DNA of 64,000 bases, from assembly GCA_002269645.1 (NCBI GenBank), contig NIVC01000239.1, positions 126,531 to 190,530 on the forward strand, given 5' to 3'. Below, in pieces: positions 49,301 through 61,864 of this stretch; the stretch's first letter is position 1, and the number at the start of each line of letters is the position of its first letter. A model generated the notes under the pieces. It made no database searches. It saw only the letters and a list, made by a program, of their open reading frames with translations, and was not told the DNA's origin. Both the position numbers and the translations under genes were made by a program. The stretch is from Macrostomum lignano (Eukaryota).

Positions 49301-52300
49301 TCTTACTGAATATTATTCGTATCATTTATAGACTAGCAACTTTTTATGCCCTGCTTTCTCTGCAGTACACATAGACATATAGGCGGTTGCATACTCATTC
49401 TATTTTTCGAGTTGCGCTATTCATATTGCCCTAAGCCTTCAAGCCCTAAAGCTAACGAATTTTGGGAAATAGATGAAGTTTTATTGTTACGTCGCAGCTG
49501 CGCAATGAGGGTATTCGGAATTTGTCTGGCATTATCCTTATCCCGCAGTCGCCGGCTTATTTTATGACTTCCAGTGAGGAAATATAGCTTTCTGCAGCTA
49601 AGTTGGGCTTACACGAATTACAACAATATACCAGCGTATTATCCGCCTGCAACAATGGACAGACTGCATGCCATAAACGATGAAGCGCACGAGTATCTAA
49701 GGTTGCTAATGCACTCAAAAGCCAAGCGTTAAACTGAATTATCAAATAAAAAGCAGTAGATCGAGTTTCCATCTCGAGCTTGGTCACTTTGGACCATAGA
49801 CAGAAGCGTATCATTCTATATTGTGCCGATCATGGTATCTTTGGACCATAGACAAAGATTTATATCAATCTTAGCTGGTTTCCGAATGACTGCATATCTG
49901 GCTTAACTATGGATGAAATGGAGTCACATCACAAGCTCGAAAAATCACATCGTCGAAAAGCACCCACCATTAGAAGCTCGAAAAGTCACATCGTCGAAAC
50001 ATCAATGAAATTCAACTTCAACGTGAGCTACGAGTAGAGAAAGAAATGTATGAAGATTTTGAATGTCTAACTTTTAAAGAGCTCTGTGCACTTCTGCCAA
50101 ACGACTCAGTTATTCATCAGGAAGCAATGAAGCGCATCAATATGAAGAAACAAAGGTGGAACCAACCCACCCAGAGACAAGAGATTCATGATGACATACA
50201 ATTTCGCCTCCTTTGATATCGGTTCGTGCAGTGCTGATGAACTGGCGGGCAAGGTGCGACTGCTTTACGCTTCGCTGAGAAAGGAAGACGGTTCTCTATA
50301 CGCGTCGTCATATTTAATCGGTATGGGAGCTGAATCCATTTGTTGTAATGTTATATTGTTATAATTAAAAGTTAAACTATTAACTGGCAAATAAACATCT
50401 ACTCAGCATGCATGTACGCACTTTATGTCGTTAAACCACTCCGAAACGACTTTTCGTTTGATAATAATAGGAGATTCAATTATTAGATTTTGACTGCTTG
50501 GACATCGCTACCTATGCAGTTATTGGGTTGAGCGCACGGTGCACGGTGTAATGAATTAATCCAACCAAGATGTGAAAAAGGGACAAAGCTTAATTTTATT
50601 TTTTGCGAGCGTACAATGCAGACTTAGGCTCACCAAAGCGCTTATAAATACAGGTTTAAAAGGACCCAAGAGGTGAAAAGCTAGCTTTGAAGTGGCCTCC
50701 ACATTCAAATATATTCGTCCAATGCTCGTCCGTCAGCTCTTCCAGTTGCTCGTTCAATCTACGAGTAGTTCTAGCCTGACTTAAAGAAGGTGGAAGAACT
50801 TTTTTTGAATACCTGCATGTGCTAAGGGAGGGTTTTCACTTCACAGTACAGCTTGAGTGTCGCTGGCCCTCAACAGCGAGTCATACTAGGGGGGATTAGC
50901 GATCAGTTAAAACCCTTCTCCGCCGATTCCTTCCTTCTCCCTCCGGCTCACAATTTCTTTCAACAGTTAATTCCTACTTTATCGGTCTGTCTGTAGCAGC
51001 TGACGCTAGTTTCTACGGAATTGACAGGCTATTTAGATCGAGTCGCCAGAAAATAGCAAGGATAGATATATCCGAGAAAAGGGTTGACTATTGAGTCGCA
51101 TAATTTCTTTATAAACCAAAGGCGCAATCTTATTGGCCAAGCTGTCAACAACCAATCAGTCTAAGCAAGCAAGCAGAAACGATCGCTACAAAAGGACAAT
51201 AAGACAGTCTCTCCAAGATGAGGATATTCAATCCTAGACAAGGTAAAATCGTCCACAATAGGCATAGCTGATTATCCACATGGACTTGGACCCGGCGGTG
51301 CGGAGACTATGCCAGGAGCTGGCCTGTCTAGACAGGCTCGAGCGAACACCGGGAGCCAGCGATCAGCTCAGACGTTGTCTGCTTAGCCTGGCGCTTAGCG
51401 TCCAACCGTCGATTCGGGCCTGGATCTACACTAGGCGCCTAATGATATTCGCTGGAGTTACCTGCCTGCTAACAGGCCTGCTGTACGGCTTAGTGGAAGC
51501 TCGCGATCCTAAACTAGACGATATGGGCAAGCTAGATCTCCAAGCTAATAGACACTGGTTGTTGGGCACACCTGTGCTCATTCTCACCGCAGTGATCATC
51601 TTCTTGGCTGCTCAGCTAGTTAATAACTACATCTGGCTGGCTAGCATGCGGGTGAAACGGCAACTCAGAGCCAGACTGGCCCCGCTGCTGTTACCGGCGC
51701 CGCTAGCTGTGCAGAATCATTCGGTCAGTAATAATATCAACAGTGCCAACAGGCCATGCGAACCAGCCGATGGCGTAGCCATCAATGTCGGCAATAATTA
51801 TGCCACCGATAGCGACAATAATAAGGAGGTCTACTTGTAGCATCGGTTTGAAACTGAGAACTAGATTTAAGAACTGCCAAGACCATTTAATAAAAGCTCT
51901 TTATAAGGTGAGTTGAGCCTCTCTGCATCGTTGGATCATTTGATAGGTCACAACCCTCTGAATCCTTTGATTGACCGCCTTTCTTTCAATCCTTGATTAG
52001 CAGCGGCTCCCTTTCATCACCTCTGATGAACAATCTCCCTTTAATCCCTTGATGAACCACCCCCACCTTAGTCCTTTGATGAACCATCTCCCTTTAATCC
52101 CTTGATGAACCATTTCCCTTTAATCCCTTGATGAACCATTTCCCTTTAATCCCTTGATGAACCATTTCCCTTTAATCCCTTGCTGAACCATTTCCCTTTA
52201 ATCCCTTGCTGAACCATTTCCCTTTAATCCCTTGATGAACCATCTCCCTTTAATCCCTTGCTGAACCATTTCCCTTTAATCCCTTGATGAACCATCTCAA

Positions 52301-55300
52301 CCTTAGTCCCTTGATGAACCATCTCAACCTTAGTCCCTTGATGAACCATCTCCCTTTAATCCCTTGATGAACCATTTCCCTTTAATCCCTTGCTGAACCA
52401 TTTCCCTTTAATCCCTTGATGAACAATCTCCCTTTAATCCCTTGATGAACCATCTCCACCTTAGTCCCTTGATGAACCATTTCCCTTTAATCCCTTGATG
52501 AACAATCTCTCTTCAATCCCTTGATGAACCATCTCCCTTTAATCCCTTGATGAACAAAAATATCCCCCTTAATCCCTTGATGAACCATCTCCCCCTTAGT
52601 CCCTTGATGAACCATTTCCCTTTAATCCCTTGATGAACCATCTCCCCCTTAGTCCCTTGATGAACCATTTCCCTTTAATCCCTTGATGAACCATCTCCCC
52701 CTTAGTCCCTTGATGAACAATTTCCCTTTAATCCCTTGATGAACCATCTCCCCCTTAGTCCCTTGATGAACCATTTCCCTTTAATCCCTTGATGAACCAT
52801 CTCCCCCTTAGTCCCTTGATGAACCATTTCCCTTTAATCCCTTGATGAACCATCTCCCCCTTAGTCCCTTGATGTTGATGAACCATTTCCCTTTAATCCC
52901 TTGATGAACCATTTCCCTTTAATCCCTTGATGAACGATCTCCCCCTTAATCCCTTGATGAACAATCTACCCTTAATCCCTTGATGAACAATCTACCCTTA
53001 ATCCCTTGATGAACAGTCCTCCCTTAATCCCTTGATGAACAGTCTGCACTTTAATTTATGCACATTTGCTCAAAGCTCAATCGCTGTGTATCACCAATAC
53101 AGTACATAATAATAAAAATGAAAAAAGACATGACAATGAAAAACTGTCATGTCTTGTTGTTAGGTACATCTTATGCATGTCTATACTATTTTTTAACAAG
53201 TCCAAGTTTCATAGAGCTTCCTAGATAATAAAATTGGCGACTTTCGTATTTTTTGCATACGTCACTAACGTGTAGATAATGTATAGTACAAGTGCAGATT
53301 CGCGCGCCATTCTACCATTACTGTATAGGGATAGCTACAAACCGTATAGTGCAGTAAGGATTGAAATATACGAGTATGTAATGATGTGATATTAAAATAC
53401 AATGCCCTATGCAATAATATATGTGATACGTTTTATTTAAATACAAATAAATCAATTAAGATCTACTTGATTTATTGACTGATGGGATCTGACCAACTCA
53501 TTAACTGATTATAAGTAGCGGGATTTGACCAACTCACTAACTGATTATAAGTAGCGGGATTTGACCAGCTCACTAACTGATTATTAGCGGGATTTGACCA
53601 GCTCACTAACTGATTATTAGCGGGATTTGACCAGCTCACTAACTGATTATAAGTAGCGGGATTTGACCAGCTCACTAACTGATTATTAGCGGGATTTGAC
53701 CAGCTCACTAACTGATTATTAGCGGGATTTGACCAGCTCACAAACTGATTATTAGCGGGATTTGACCAGCTCACTAACTGATTATTAGCGGGATTTGACC
53801 AGCTCACTAACTGATTATTAGCGGGATTTGACCAGCTCACTAACTGATTATTAGCGGGATTTGACCAGCTCACTAACTGATTATTAGCGGGATTTGACCA
53901 GCTCATTAACTGATTATTAGCGGGATTTGACCAGCTCACTAACTGATTATTAGCGGGATTTGACCAGCTCACTAACTGATTATTAGCGGGATTTGACCAG
54001 CTCACTAACTGATTATTAGCGGGATTTGACCAGCTCACTAACTGATTATTAGCGGGATTTGACCAGCTCACTAACTGATTATTAGCGGGATTTGACCAGC
54101 TCACTAACTGATTATTAGCGGGATTTGACCAGCTCACTAACTGATTATTAGCGGGATTTGACCAGCTCACAAACTGATTATTAGCGGGATTTGACCAGCT
54201 CACTAACTGATTATTAGCGGGATTTGACCAGCTCACAAACTGATTATTAGCGGGATTTGACCAGCTCACTAACTGATTATTAGCGGGATTTGACCAGCTC
54301 ACTAACTGATTATTAGCGGGATTTGACCAGCTCACTAACTGATTATTAGCGGGATTTGACCAGCTCACTAACTGATTATTAGCGGGATTTGACCAGCTCA
54401 CTAACTGATTATTAGCGGGATTTGACCAGCTCACTAACTGATTATTAGCGGGATTTGACCAGCTCAATGCCAGGCGGCAAACTCACCTTAGACACCTGCT
54501 GTATGATATAGGTGAGCCGGGGCACAATCAGGCCAAAGCACGACAGAGATCGCCTCTTATAAGTGAACAGAGAGCGCATCAGACACTTCATAGCGTAGTC
54601 ATTCTCTTCCGAGCCCGCTCGGCTCAACAGGCCAAACAGACCCTGGAACAGCGCCTGCGGCTCAGGCATATTCTCTGACGTGACAACCAGAGCTCCGGCA
54701 TTGCGCACAGTCTGGGCATTCTCTAGAAAGGCGGCAGCGTACGAATGACACACTGGCGACTCGGCAGCCAGATGGGCAACAGCCAGCGGCAGGGCGCCGA
54801 TAATCATATCTGGCGGCAGTTGCGATCGGAAGGTGACCAGAAATTTCAGGCAGGCAGCCCGAACAACTGGCAGGGTGTCAACGCCGGACTCTTGCAGCTC
54901 AGGCAAGGCCTGGGTGCGGCAGAACTCGGCCATGTTGACCAGCTCGGTGGCCTGGGTGACACCGTGTCGGCTAGTCTGAGCCTTGGCCGCTAGTGAGGTC
55001 ACCAGGTACAGTGCGGCATCTTTGCTGCGCCAGGCAGACTGCCTATTGGCCGAGTACTCCTGCAGCAGGTGCTGCACGTACTGGCTGAAGTGCCCGATGA
55101 CTGGGCCTTCAAATGATTTGCACAGCGCCCTGACTAGGTCGCAGGCGGCGCGGCGACGTGTGTCCTGATCGCTGCCCTCCATGTCGCGGCGGATGTACCT
55201 GGCCAACGGAAGGGTGATGGTAGCTGTGTAGGTTCGTCTCGATGCACTCAAGTGCTTGTCTACTTGTCTATAGGAGCGGAATGAAGTGTAGTTTAGTAGC

Positions 55301-58300
55301 GGAATGAAGTATTAAATTAGTAGCGGAATGAAGTATTAAATTAGTAGCGGAATGAAGTATTACCTTAGTAGCGGAATGAAGCATTAAATTAGTAGCGGAA
55401 TGAAGTATTACCTTAGTAGCGGAATGAAGTATTACCTTTGTAGCGGAATGAAGTATTACCTTTGTAGCGGAATGAAGGATTACCTTAGTAGCGGAATGAA
55501 GTATTACCTTAGTAGCAGAATGAAGTATTAAATTAGTAGCGGAATGAAGTATTACCTTAGTAGCGGAATGAAGTATTACCTTTGTAGCGGAATGAAGTAT
55601 TACCTTTGTAGCGGAATGAAGGATTACCTTAGTAGCGGAATGAAGGATTACCTTAGTAGCGGAATGAAGGATTACCTTAGTAGTAGCGGAATGAAGTATT
55701 ACCTTAGTAGCGGAATGAAGGATTACCTTAGTAGCGGAATGAAGGATTACCTTAGTAGCGGAATGAAGGATTACCTTATTAGCGGAATGAAGTATTACCT
55801 TAGTAGCGGAATGAAGGATTAGCTTAGTAGCGGAATGAAGGATTAGCTTAGGAGCGGAATGAAGGATTAGCTTAGGAGCGGAATGAAGTATTAGCTTAGG
55901 AGCGGAATGAAGTATTAGCTTAGGAGCGGAATGAAGGATTACCTTAGTAGCGGAATGAAGGATTACCTTAGGAGCGGAATGAAGTATTAGCTTAGGAGCG
56001 GAATGAAGTATTAGCTTAGGAGCGGAATGAAGGATTAGCTTAGTAGCGGAATGAAGGATTAGCTTAGTAGCGGAATGAAGTTTTACGTTAGTAGCGGAAT
56101 GAAGTATTAGCTTAGGAGCGGAATGAAGTATTAGCTTAGGAGCGGAATGAAGTATTAGCTTAGGAGCGGAATGAAGCATTAGCTTAGGAGCGGAATGAAG
56201 TTTTACCTTAGTAGCGGAATGAAGTATTAGCTTAGGAGCGGAATGAAGTATTAGCTTAGGAGCGGAATGAAGTATTAGCTTAGGAGCGGAATGAAGCATT
56301 AGCTTAGGAGCGGAATGAAGTATTAGCTTAGGAGCGGAATGAAGTATTAGCTTAGGAGCGGAATGAAGTATTAGCTTAGGAGCGGAATGAAGTATTAGCT
56401 TAGGAGCTAGATAAGAAAGTACAGGATTGAAACAAAAAATAACAAAACCAAGCACTTACTCTTCGGCGTTGTAATGAAACAGCTCCTCATCAGACGGTCT
56501 CAAATGCATATTAGGAATAACAATTCGTTCGCACAGCTGTCTGAGAGTTTCCGGCTCGCCAAATAGCTGCTTGTTTTGCGGTCGTTCGGCCACGCTAGCC
56601 AAGAATTTGATAGCATTGCTAACTAGCAGGTCGTATTTAGACTGCGGCCCGTGGCCAGTAGCAAGCTCCAGACGTCCTTGACAAAGTCTGGCAGATAGGG
56701 GGCGAATTCTTCATCGTATTTGCAAGCGTATAGGCTGACAATTTCGCAGATCTGCGAGCCGATCTGCTCCAGAATTCCGGCTTCGTCAGGATCGGCGGAT
56801 TCCAACAGCGGGCTGCGCAGCTGCAGCAGCTCCCGGAGGCGGGGCATCCATTTCGGCATGTTGTCCTCGAAGAATTCCGGAATGTCCTGGTAGTTTAAGC
56901 TGTAGAATATCTTGCAGATTAGCAGTAGGCAGCCGCACACGGTCTGAGGGAGGCAGCGTGAGTATTGGAGAGGGAGACGGTAATGCGAGCGAATCGATGT
57001 GCCTGTATGACCCGCTTTGACAATTTTCATGTATGCCCCATTTAGAACCTAAACCACCAATTTTGGAACCTAAATAACCCATTTTGGCGCCAAAGATACA
57101 TCTCAACCCCCGCCTCCCAGATCCACCTATGAACCTATGCGTATATTCATTAGACAACATTCATACCTATTTTGAAAGCTCAATATGACTCATTTCAGCC
57201 TCCGTATGACGCAATTTAGCATCGACATGACCCAACTCAAGTCTCAATATAACCCAAATCCAGCCCCAAGATGACTCAAATCCAGCCCCCACATGACCCC
57301 TCAAATCCAGCCCCCACATGACCCTCATCCAGCCCCAACATGACCCTCATCCAGCCCCAACATGACCCAAATCCAGCCCCAACATGACTCAAATCCAGCC
57401 CCAACACGACTCAAATCCAGCCCCAACACGACTCAAATCCAGCCTCAACACGACTCAAATCCAGCCCCAACACGACTCAAATCCAGCCCGAACATGACCC
57501 CCAAAATCAAGCCCCAAAATGACCCAAATCCAGCCCCAACACGACTCAAATCCAGCCCCAACACGACTCAAATCCAGCCCGAACATGACCCCCAAAAGCA
57601 AGCCCAAAACGACCCAAATCCAGCCCCAACACGACTCAAATCCAGCCCCAACACGACTCAAATCCAGCCCCAACACGACTCAAATCAAGCCCCAAAACGA
57701 CCCAAATCCAGCCACAACACGACTCAAATCCAGCCCCAACACGACTCAAATCCAGCCCCAACACGACTCAAATCCAGCCCCAACATGACTCAAATCCAGC
57801 CCGAACATGACCCCCCAAAATCAAGCCCCAAAACGACCCAAATCCAGCCCCAACACGACTCAAATCTAGCCCCAACATGACTCAAATCCAGCCCCAACAC
57901 GATTCAAATCCAGCCCCAACACGACTCAAATCAAGCCCCAAAACGACACAAATCCAGCCCCAACACGACTCAAATCCAGCCCCCACATGACCAAAATCCA
58001 GCCCGAACATGACCCCCCAAAATCAAGCCCCAAAACGACTCAAATCCAGCCCCAACACGACTCAAATCCAGCCCTAACACGACTCAAATCCAGACCCAAG
58101 ACGACTCAAATCCAGCCCCAACATGACTCAAATCCAGCCCCGACACGACTCAAATCCAGCCCCAACATGACTCAAATCCAGCCCCGACACGACTTAAATC
58201 CAGCCCCCACATGACCCAAATCAAGCCCGAACATGACCCCCCAAAATCAAGCCCCAAAACGACTCAAATCCAGCCGCAACATGACCAAATCCAGCCCCGA

Positions 58301-58962
58301 CATGACCCAGCACTATAGAGTCAAATTTAGGCAGTCGGAACCCCGCAGACGCAGACCTGCAGGCCATCCTTATTAGACGCGCTGGCCTGAGCGGCGGCAT
58401 AGTCCATAGCGGCCAGAAACAGGTCCGTAAGCGGCTGGGCAAAATTCTGCAGCACGTATTTGATCTCCAGCCAGAGCCGGTCCGATCGGGACTCGTACCG
58501 ATAGCGCCGGAACAGCGAGTGTGCAGTTTTCAATACGCCATTGATTGCGTGAAAATCGCCCGAACTAAATCTGGCCACCAGCTGGCCAATCAGGCCCGGC
58601 CAACGGTCGGGGAAATCGGCCCGACCAATCAGGGCGATCACGTCGGACAGCTGGTTCTGCAGGGCGGCCGGGCTGGACAGCATGGCGTCGACTAGTTCGA
58701 CCTTCAGGCGTTCCCGATCGTCGTGAGCAATGGAAGTGTCAGCGGCTTCATCGTCGCGCCAGTGCTGCTTGACGCTGTTCTTCAGCAGCACCGCGGCGGA
58801 CAGGCGGACTGTGCTGGACAGGTTCGGCTGGCAGACAATGTGCAGCAGAGAGAGCGGGAAGCCCGGCTGGCAGGCCGAGGACTGGAGGTGCTGCTCGCTT
58901 GGCTTGCGAACAGCCGGATCGGGTGAGACCGTGTTCTCAATGTGCTTCACAATGGCTTCCAT
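46367..58962 (-). CDS. CSE1L: Exportin-2 / CSE1L (importin-alpha export receptor), ~976 aa; one -1 frameshift in exon 2
   Basis: Exons 58962-58357, 56943-56460, 55198-54487, 48911-48738, 47914-47356, 46761-46367, all GT-AG. Phases fit if one base is added at 56646-56647. Motifs SPDPAVRKPSE, DFPDRWPGL, YSLNYQDIPEFFEDNM, YIRRDMEGSDQDTRRRAACDL, NPSKPLFNHYLFE, YNQLVFAGK. Confidence 0.95.
46815..47345. repeat. 21-bp minisatellite AGAAATCGGATGGGATAATCT in CSE1L intron 5
   Basis: Tandem copies reaching the donor site. Confidence 0.94.
47950..48690. repeat. CT-rich ~24-bp minisatellite CTCTCTCTTCCCCACCCTCTCC in CSE1L intron 4
   Basis: Tandem copies. Confidence 0.94.
50040..50335 (+). pseudogene. 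Possible Crypton (tyrosine-recombinase transposon) remnant in CSE1L intron 3
   Basis: ELAGKVRLLYASLRKEDGSLYASSYLIGMGA (50239-50331) resembles the L..FY...RK.DG..Y...SL pattern of Crypton/DUF3504-associated proteins. Confidence 0.5.
51280..51840 (+). CDS. Uncharacterised 186-aa protein with two predicted TM helices, nested antisense in CSE1L intron 3
   Basis: ATG to TAG open, GC-rich non-repetitive coding; hydrophobic LMIFAGVTCLLTGLLYGLV and WLLGTPVLILTAVIIFLAAQLV; CCAAT-like motifs upstream; AATAAA at ~51888. Confidence 0.65.
   Translation: MDLDPAVRRLCQELACLDRLERTPGASDQLRRCLLSLALSVQPSIRAWIYTRRLMIFAGVTCLLTGLLYGLVEARDPKLDDMGKLDLQANRHWLLGTPVLILTAVIIFLAAQLVNNYIWLASMRVKRQLRARLAPLLLPAPLAVQNHSVSNNINSANRPCEPADGVAINVGNNYATDSDNNKEVYL
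52030..53040. repeat. 26-bp minisatellite AATCCCTTGATGAACCATTTCCCTTT in CSE1L intron 3
   Basis: ~38 tandem copies. Confidence 0.95.
53478..54466. repeat. 33-bp minisatellite GATTTGACCAGCTCACTAACTGATTATTAGCGG in CSE1L intron 3
   Basis: ~30 near-identical copies starting ~20 nt from the donor. Confidence 0.96.
55272..56407. repeat. 24-bp minisatellite TTAGGAGCGGAATGAAGTATTAGC in CSE1L intron 2
   Basis: ~47 tandem copies. Confidence 0.96.
57225..58310. repeat. 22-bp minisatellite AAATCCAGCCCCAACACGACTC in CSE1L intron 1
   Basis: Tandem copies with higher-order variants. Confidence 0.95.
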
Positions 58963-59414
58963 TACTATTATATATAGTTTCAAGTCGGCTTAAGTGTCTG
59001 TGTTGATTTGGGCGAAGTTGTTCTTATATCAAGCATGAAATTCGATTGAGGAAGTACAATTATGGTATTAATTTGAAACGTGAAATTCTAATCATAACAG
59101 ATTATTGCAGTAATTAGGCCAGGGGTCGGCTACCTTTTTTTACCTTCAAGGGCCGGATAAAGAATCCAGCTTATGGCTGCAGGCCAGATGGGAGAAGGAA
59201 TAGAATATAATAGAATGAGGAAAAGGAAAAATTAAAAAGCACTTTTCTAAAAAACCAATTCCTTCTTCAGTTTTAAAAATCACCTTATTCAAGTAAAATT
59301 TCACGGACAAAGATGTTTGCTATGAAGCTCTTTCTTTTCTAAAATTAGCTCTTAACAAAGACGACAAAATAAAGCTTTCACAAAAAATAGACATTCCCCC
59401 TAAATAAAAATATA

Positions 59415-59750
59415 ACCAAGATAGCAAGCATCCCCCAGACAGCAAGCATCTCCCAGACAGCAAGCATCCTTCAGATAGCAAGCATCCCCCAGATAGCAAG
59501 CATCCCCCAGATAGCAAGCATCCCCCAGATAGCAAGCATCCCCAGATAGCAAGCATCCCCAGATTGCAAGCATCCCCCAGATAGCAAGCATCCCCAGATA
59601 GCAAGCACCCCCCAGATAGCAAGCATCCCCCAGATAGCAAGCATCCCCCAGATAGCAAGCATCCCCCAGATAGCAAGCATCCCCAGATAGCAAGCACCCC
59701 CCCTTTTCCAAGAATAAGCAACCGCAGATAGCAAGCATCCTGAAGATAGC
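59415..59750. repeat. ~18-bp minisatellite AGATAGCAAGCATCCCCC (reverse complement of the 5948-6515 array)
   Basis: Same unit as the Helitron array but different flanks; preceded by CAGGGGTCGGCTACCTTTTTT at 59120, resembling a hAT-MITE end. Confidence 0.92.
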
Positions 59751-61864
59751 AAGTAGAAGATGATAGATGATAGAGGAGAGAAGAGGAGAGAGAGCTGAGA
59801 AGAGACACCAACCTGGAACGGGACGGATTGCTATTGTGAAGTTTCAAAGGACCCGGAGGGCCGGATATAGAGAGGCTCAACAACATTCCAGCTCAGTATT
59901 GGCTTTTGAATGACGCAACTTGCGCCACGGGACGCAGAGTTGGGCTGGGTGAGGAGGGATTGGGAAGAGCGGAGGGCAAGGATTTGACGGATTGAAGCTT
60001 CCGCCGGGTTTTCATTGTTTTTTTTCAAGCATTTTTTCATATCAAAATGGTTTAGCAAGGTGATAGACGCTGGTCGAAAGACACTGCTCATTTGGGGCAA
60101 AGGGTGGCGACTTTTCAATGTTTGCTGAGTATATGTGCAGGCTTGCGGGCACCTTGACCCAAAGTCTTCGGCGACATCGTCCAACAACCAGCGTACTGTA
60201 CTGTACGCAGGTACACGCTCACACAAGGTGTACAGCGAGCGGCCCTTGACTTTCGATACTAATGTGCCTTGGGGGGTTGGCCCTCCTGCAGACGCACAGG
60301 AACAGAAGGCAGACACACGAAAAGTGTTAAGAGGGAAATTATCAATTTAATCCAAAAAACAAACCAAAGAAACTCTAAACGCTTTTTCATTAAATTGAAT
60401 TCTTGAATTTCCATGAATTTCAACAACTGAATTTTCGACCAATTTCTAACCCAAACCCAGAATCTATCTCCCGCAAACGGTTGCTCACCCGAGCATTATA
60501 GAGCATAAGCCATGCTTATCTCTGCCCAGCAGGCACTCAAAAAAATAGCATGCACCGGTCTCCCAAAAACTGAAACTTGACACCATTTTCTTCCATCTGT
60601 CTCTCATTCTCACCCAGCAGTAGAGGACAAACACGTGGAGAATAGTGTATACAATAATAATAATAATAAAAAGTACACAGTTCACCCAGCTAAACTTATG
60701 CACTTACTCAACAAACACTCTAAAAGGGTGCCCGCCTATTATCTATGAATAGTTGCGTACTAACCACGTGTTAAAACTGTCAGAAATATCACCGTAAAAT
60801 GGGGGTAAATAACTTTAAGAAGAGAATACTGTGTTTTTACTTAACAAAAGAGGAAATATATGTAATGTATATGTATTCTCGAACCATGCAAATTATTAAC
60901 CAGCACGGAATTAGAATAGTTTCTCGCAAATTCAAGAAAATTAGTTAATAAAAAGCTCTTTCACACGAGAAACCCATTAAAATATGAATGATGAAAATGA
61001 GGCCCTTATCGAGCAGGAAAGAGTGCCACTTTGGGCAATATGCCAGAAGTTCTATTAGTCTCACACCTTGATGGTCACGGATAGAAATGGAATCATGATA
61101 TAACTGTTAAATATAGAAACAATCTTTTAATATTGCGCACAAAACGGAACATAAGAGAAGAAATGCTGCAACATGAAACAGACCAAAGATAAAGCCAGCA
61201 ATACAGGAAAAAGCAATTAACAAAAACCCACAGTAAATATGGGATCTGAGATCACGCTGTTGCTGAGGAAAAAAGTAAATAAAAAAGTGACAGAGAGAAC
61301 TCACTACATTAGAGCTGATGGTATGCAAAGAGATAAGAGAAATGCTTCTAAAGCAAAATTGCACGACACAAATTGTGTAACAATAAAAACGATAGCGCTT
61401 CTTAATCGAAATCTTTGTTTAACTATTCTAGTTTCTAAGAAAGTAATATTTCTCGGCTTAAAAATATTGATGCAATAAAACAAGTTGGGGGAGGAATGGG
61501 TGTGGAGTGAGGAAAAGTTAAAATAGGACGCATGTGCAAACATCTTTGAATAAGTATAAATGCGGCCGATATTTGCAGACAGTTAATAAAGGAATGACGC
61601 GTAGCGTAACCATTGCGCGTTATTGTAAAACCATATAAAAGCAGTTTAAAGCAAAAAGCCTAACGTCACAAACAATGTCTAACTAGAGTGCTAACTACAG
61701 AGAAGCAATGCGGACATGGACATTGCGTGAACGGTAATATTAATGAGAAGAGGAACATCATCTATAGCCACAATGACAATGTGGATTTAGAATCACTGTG
61801 TGGCATTGTGACAGGGCAGTCTCTGTGGGTCTGAGATTGCGGATGGTAGCCCTACCCAGGCAAT

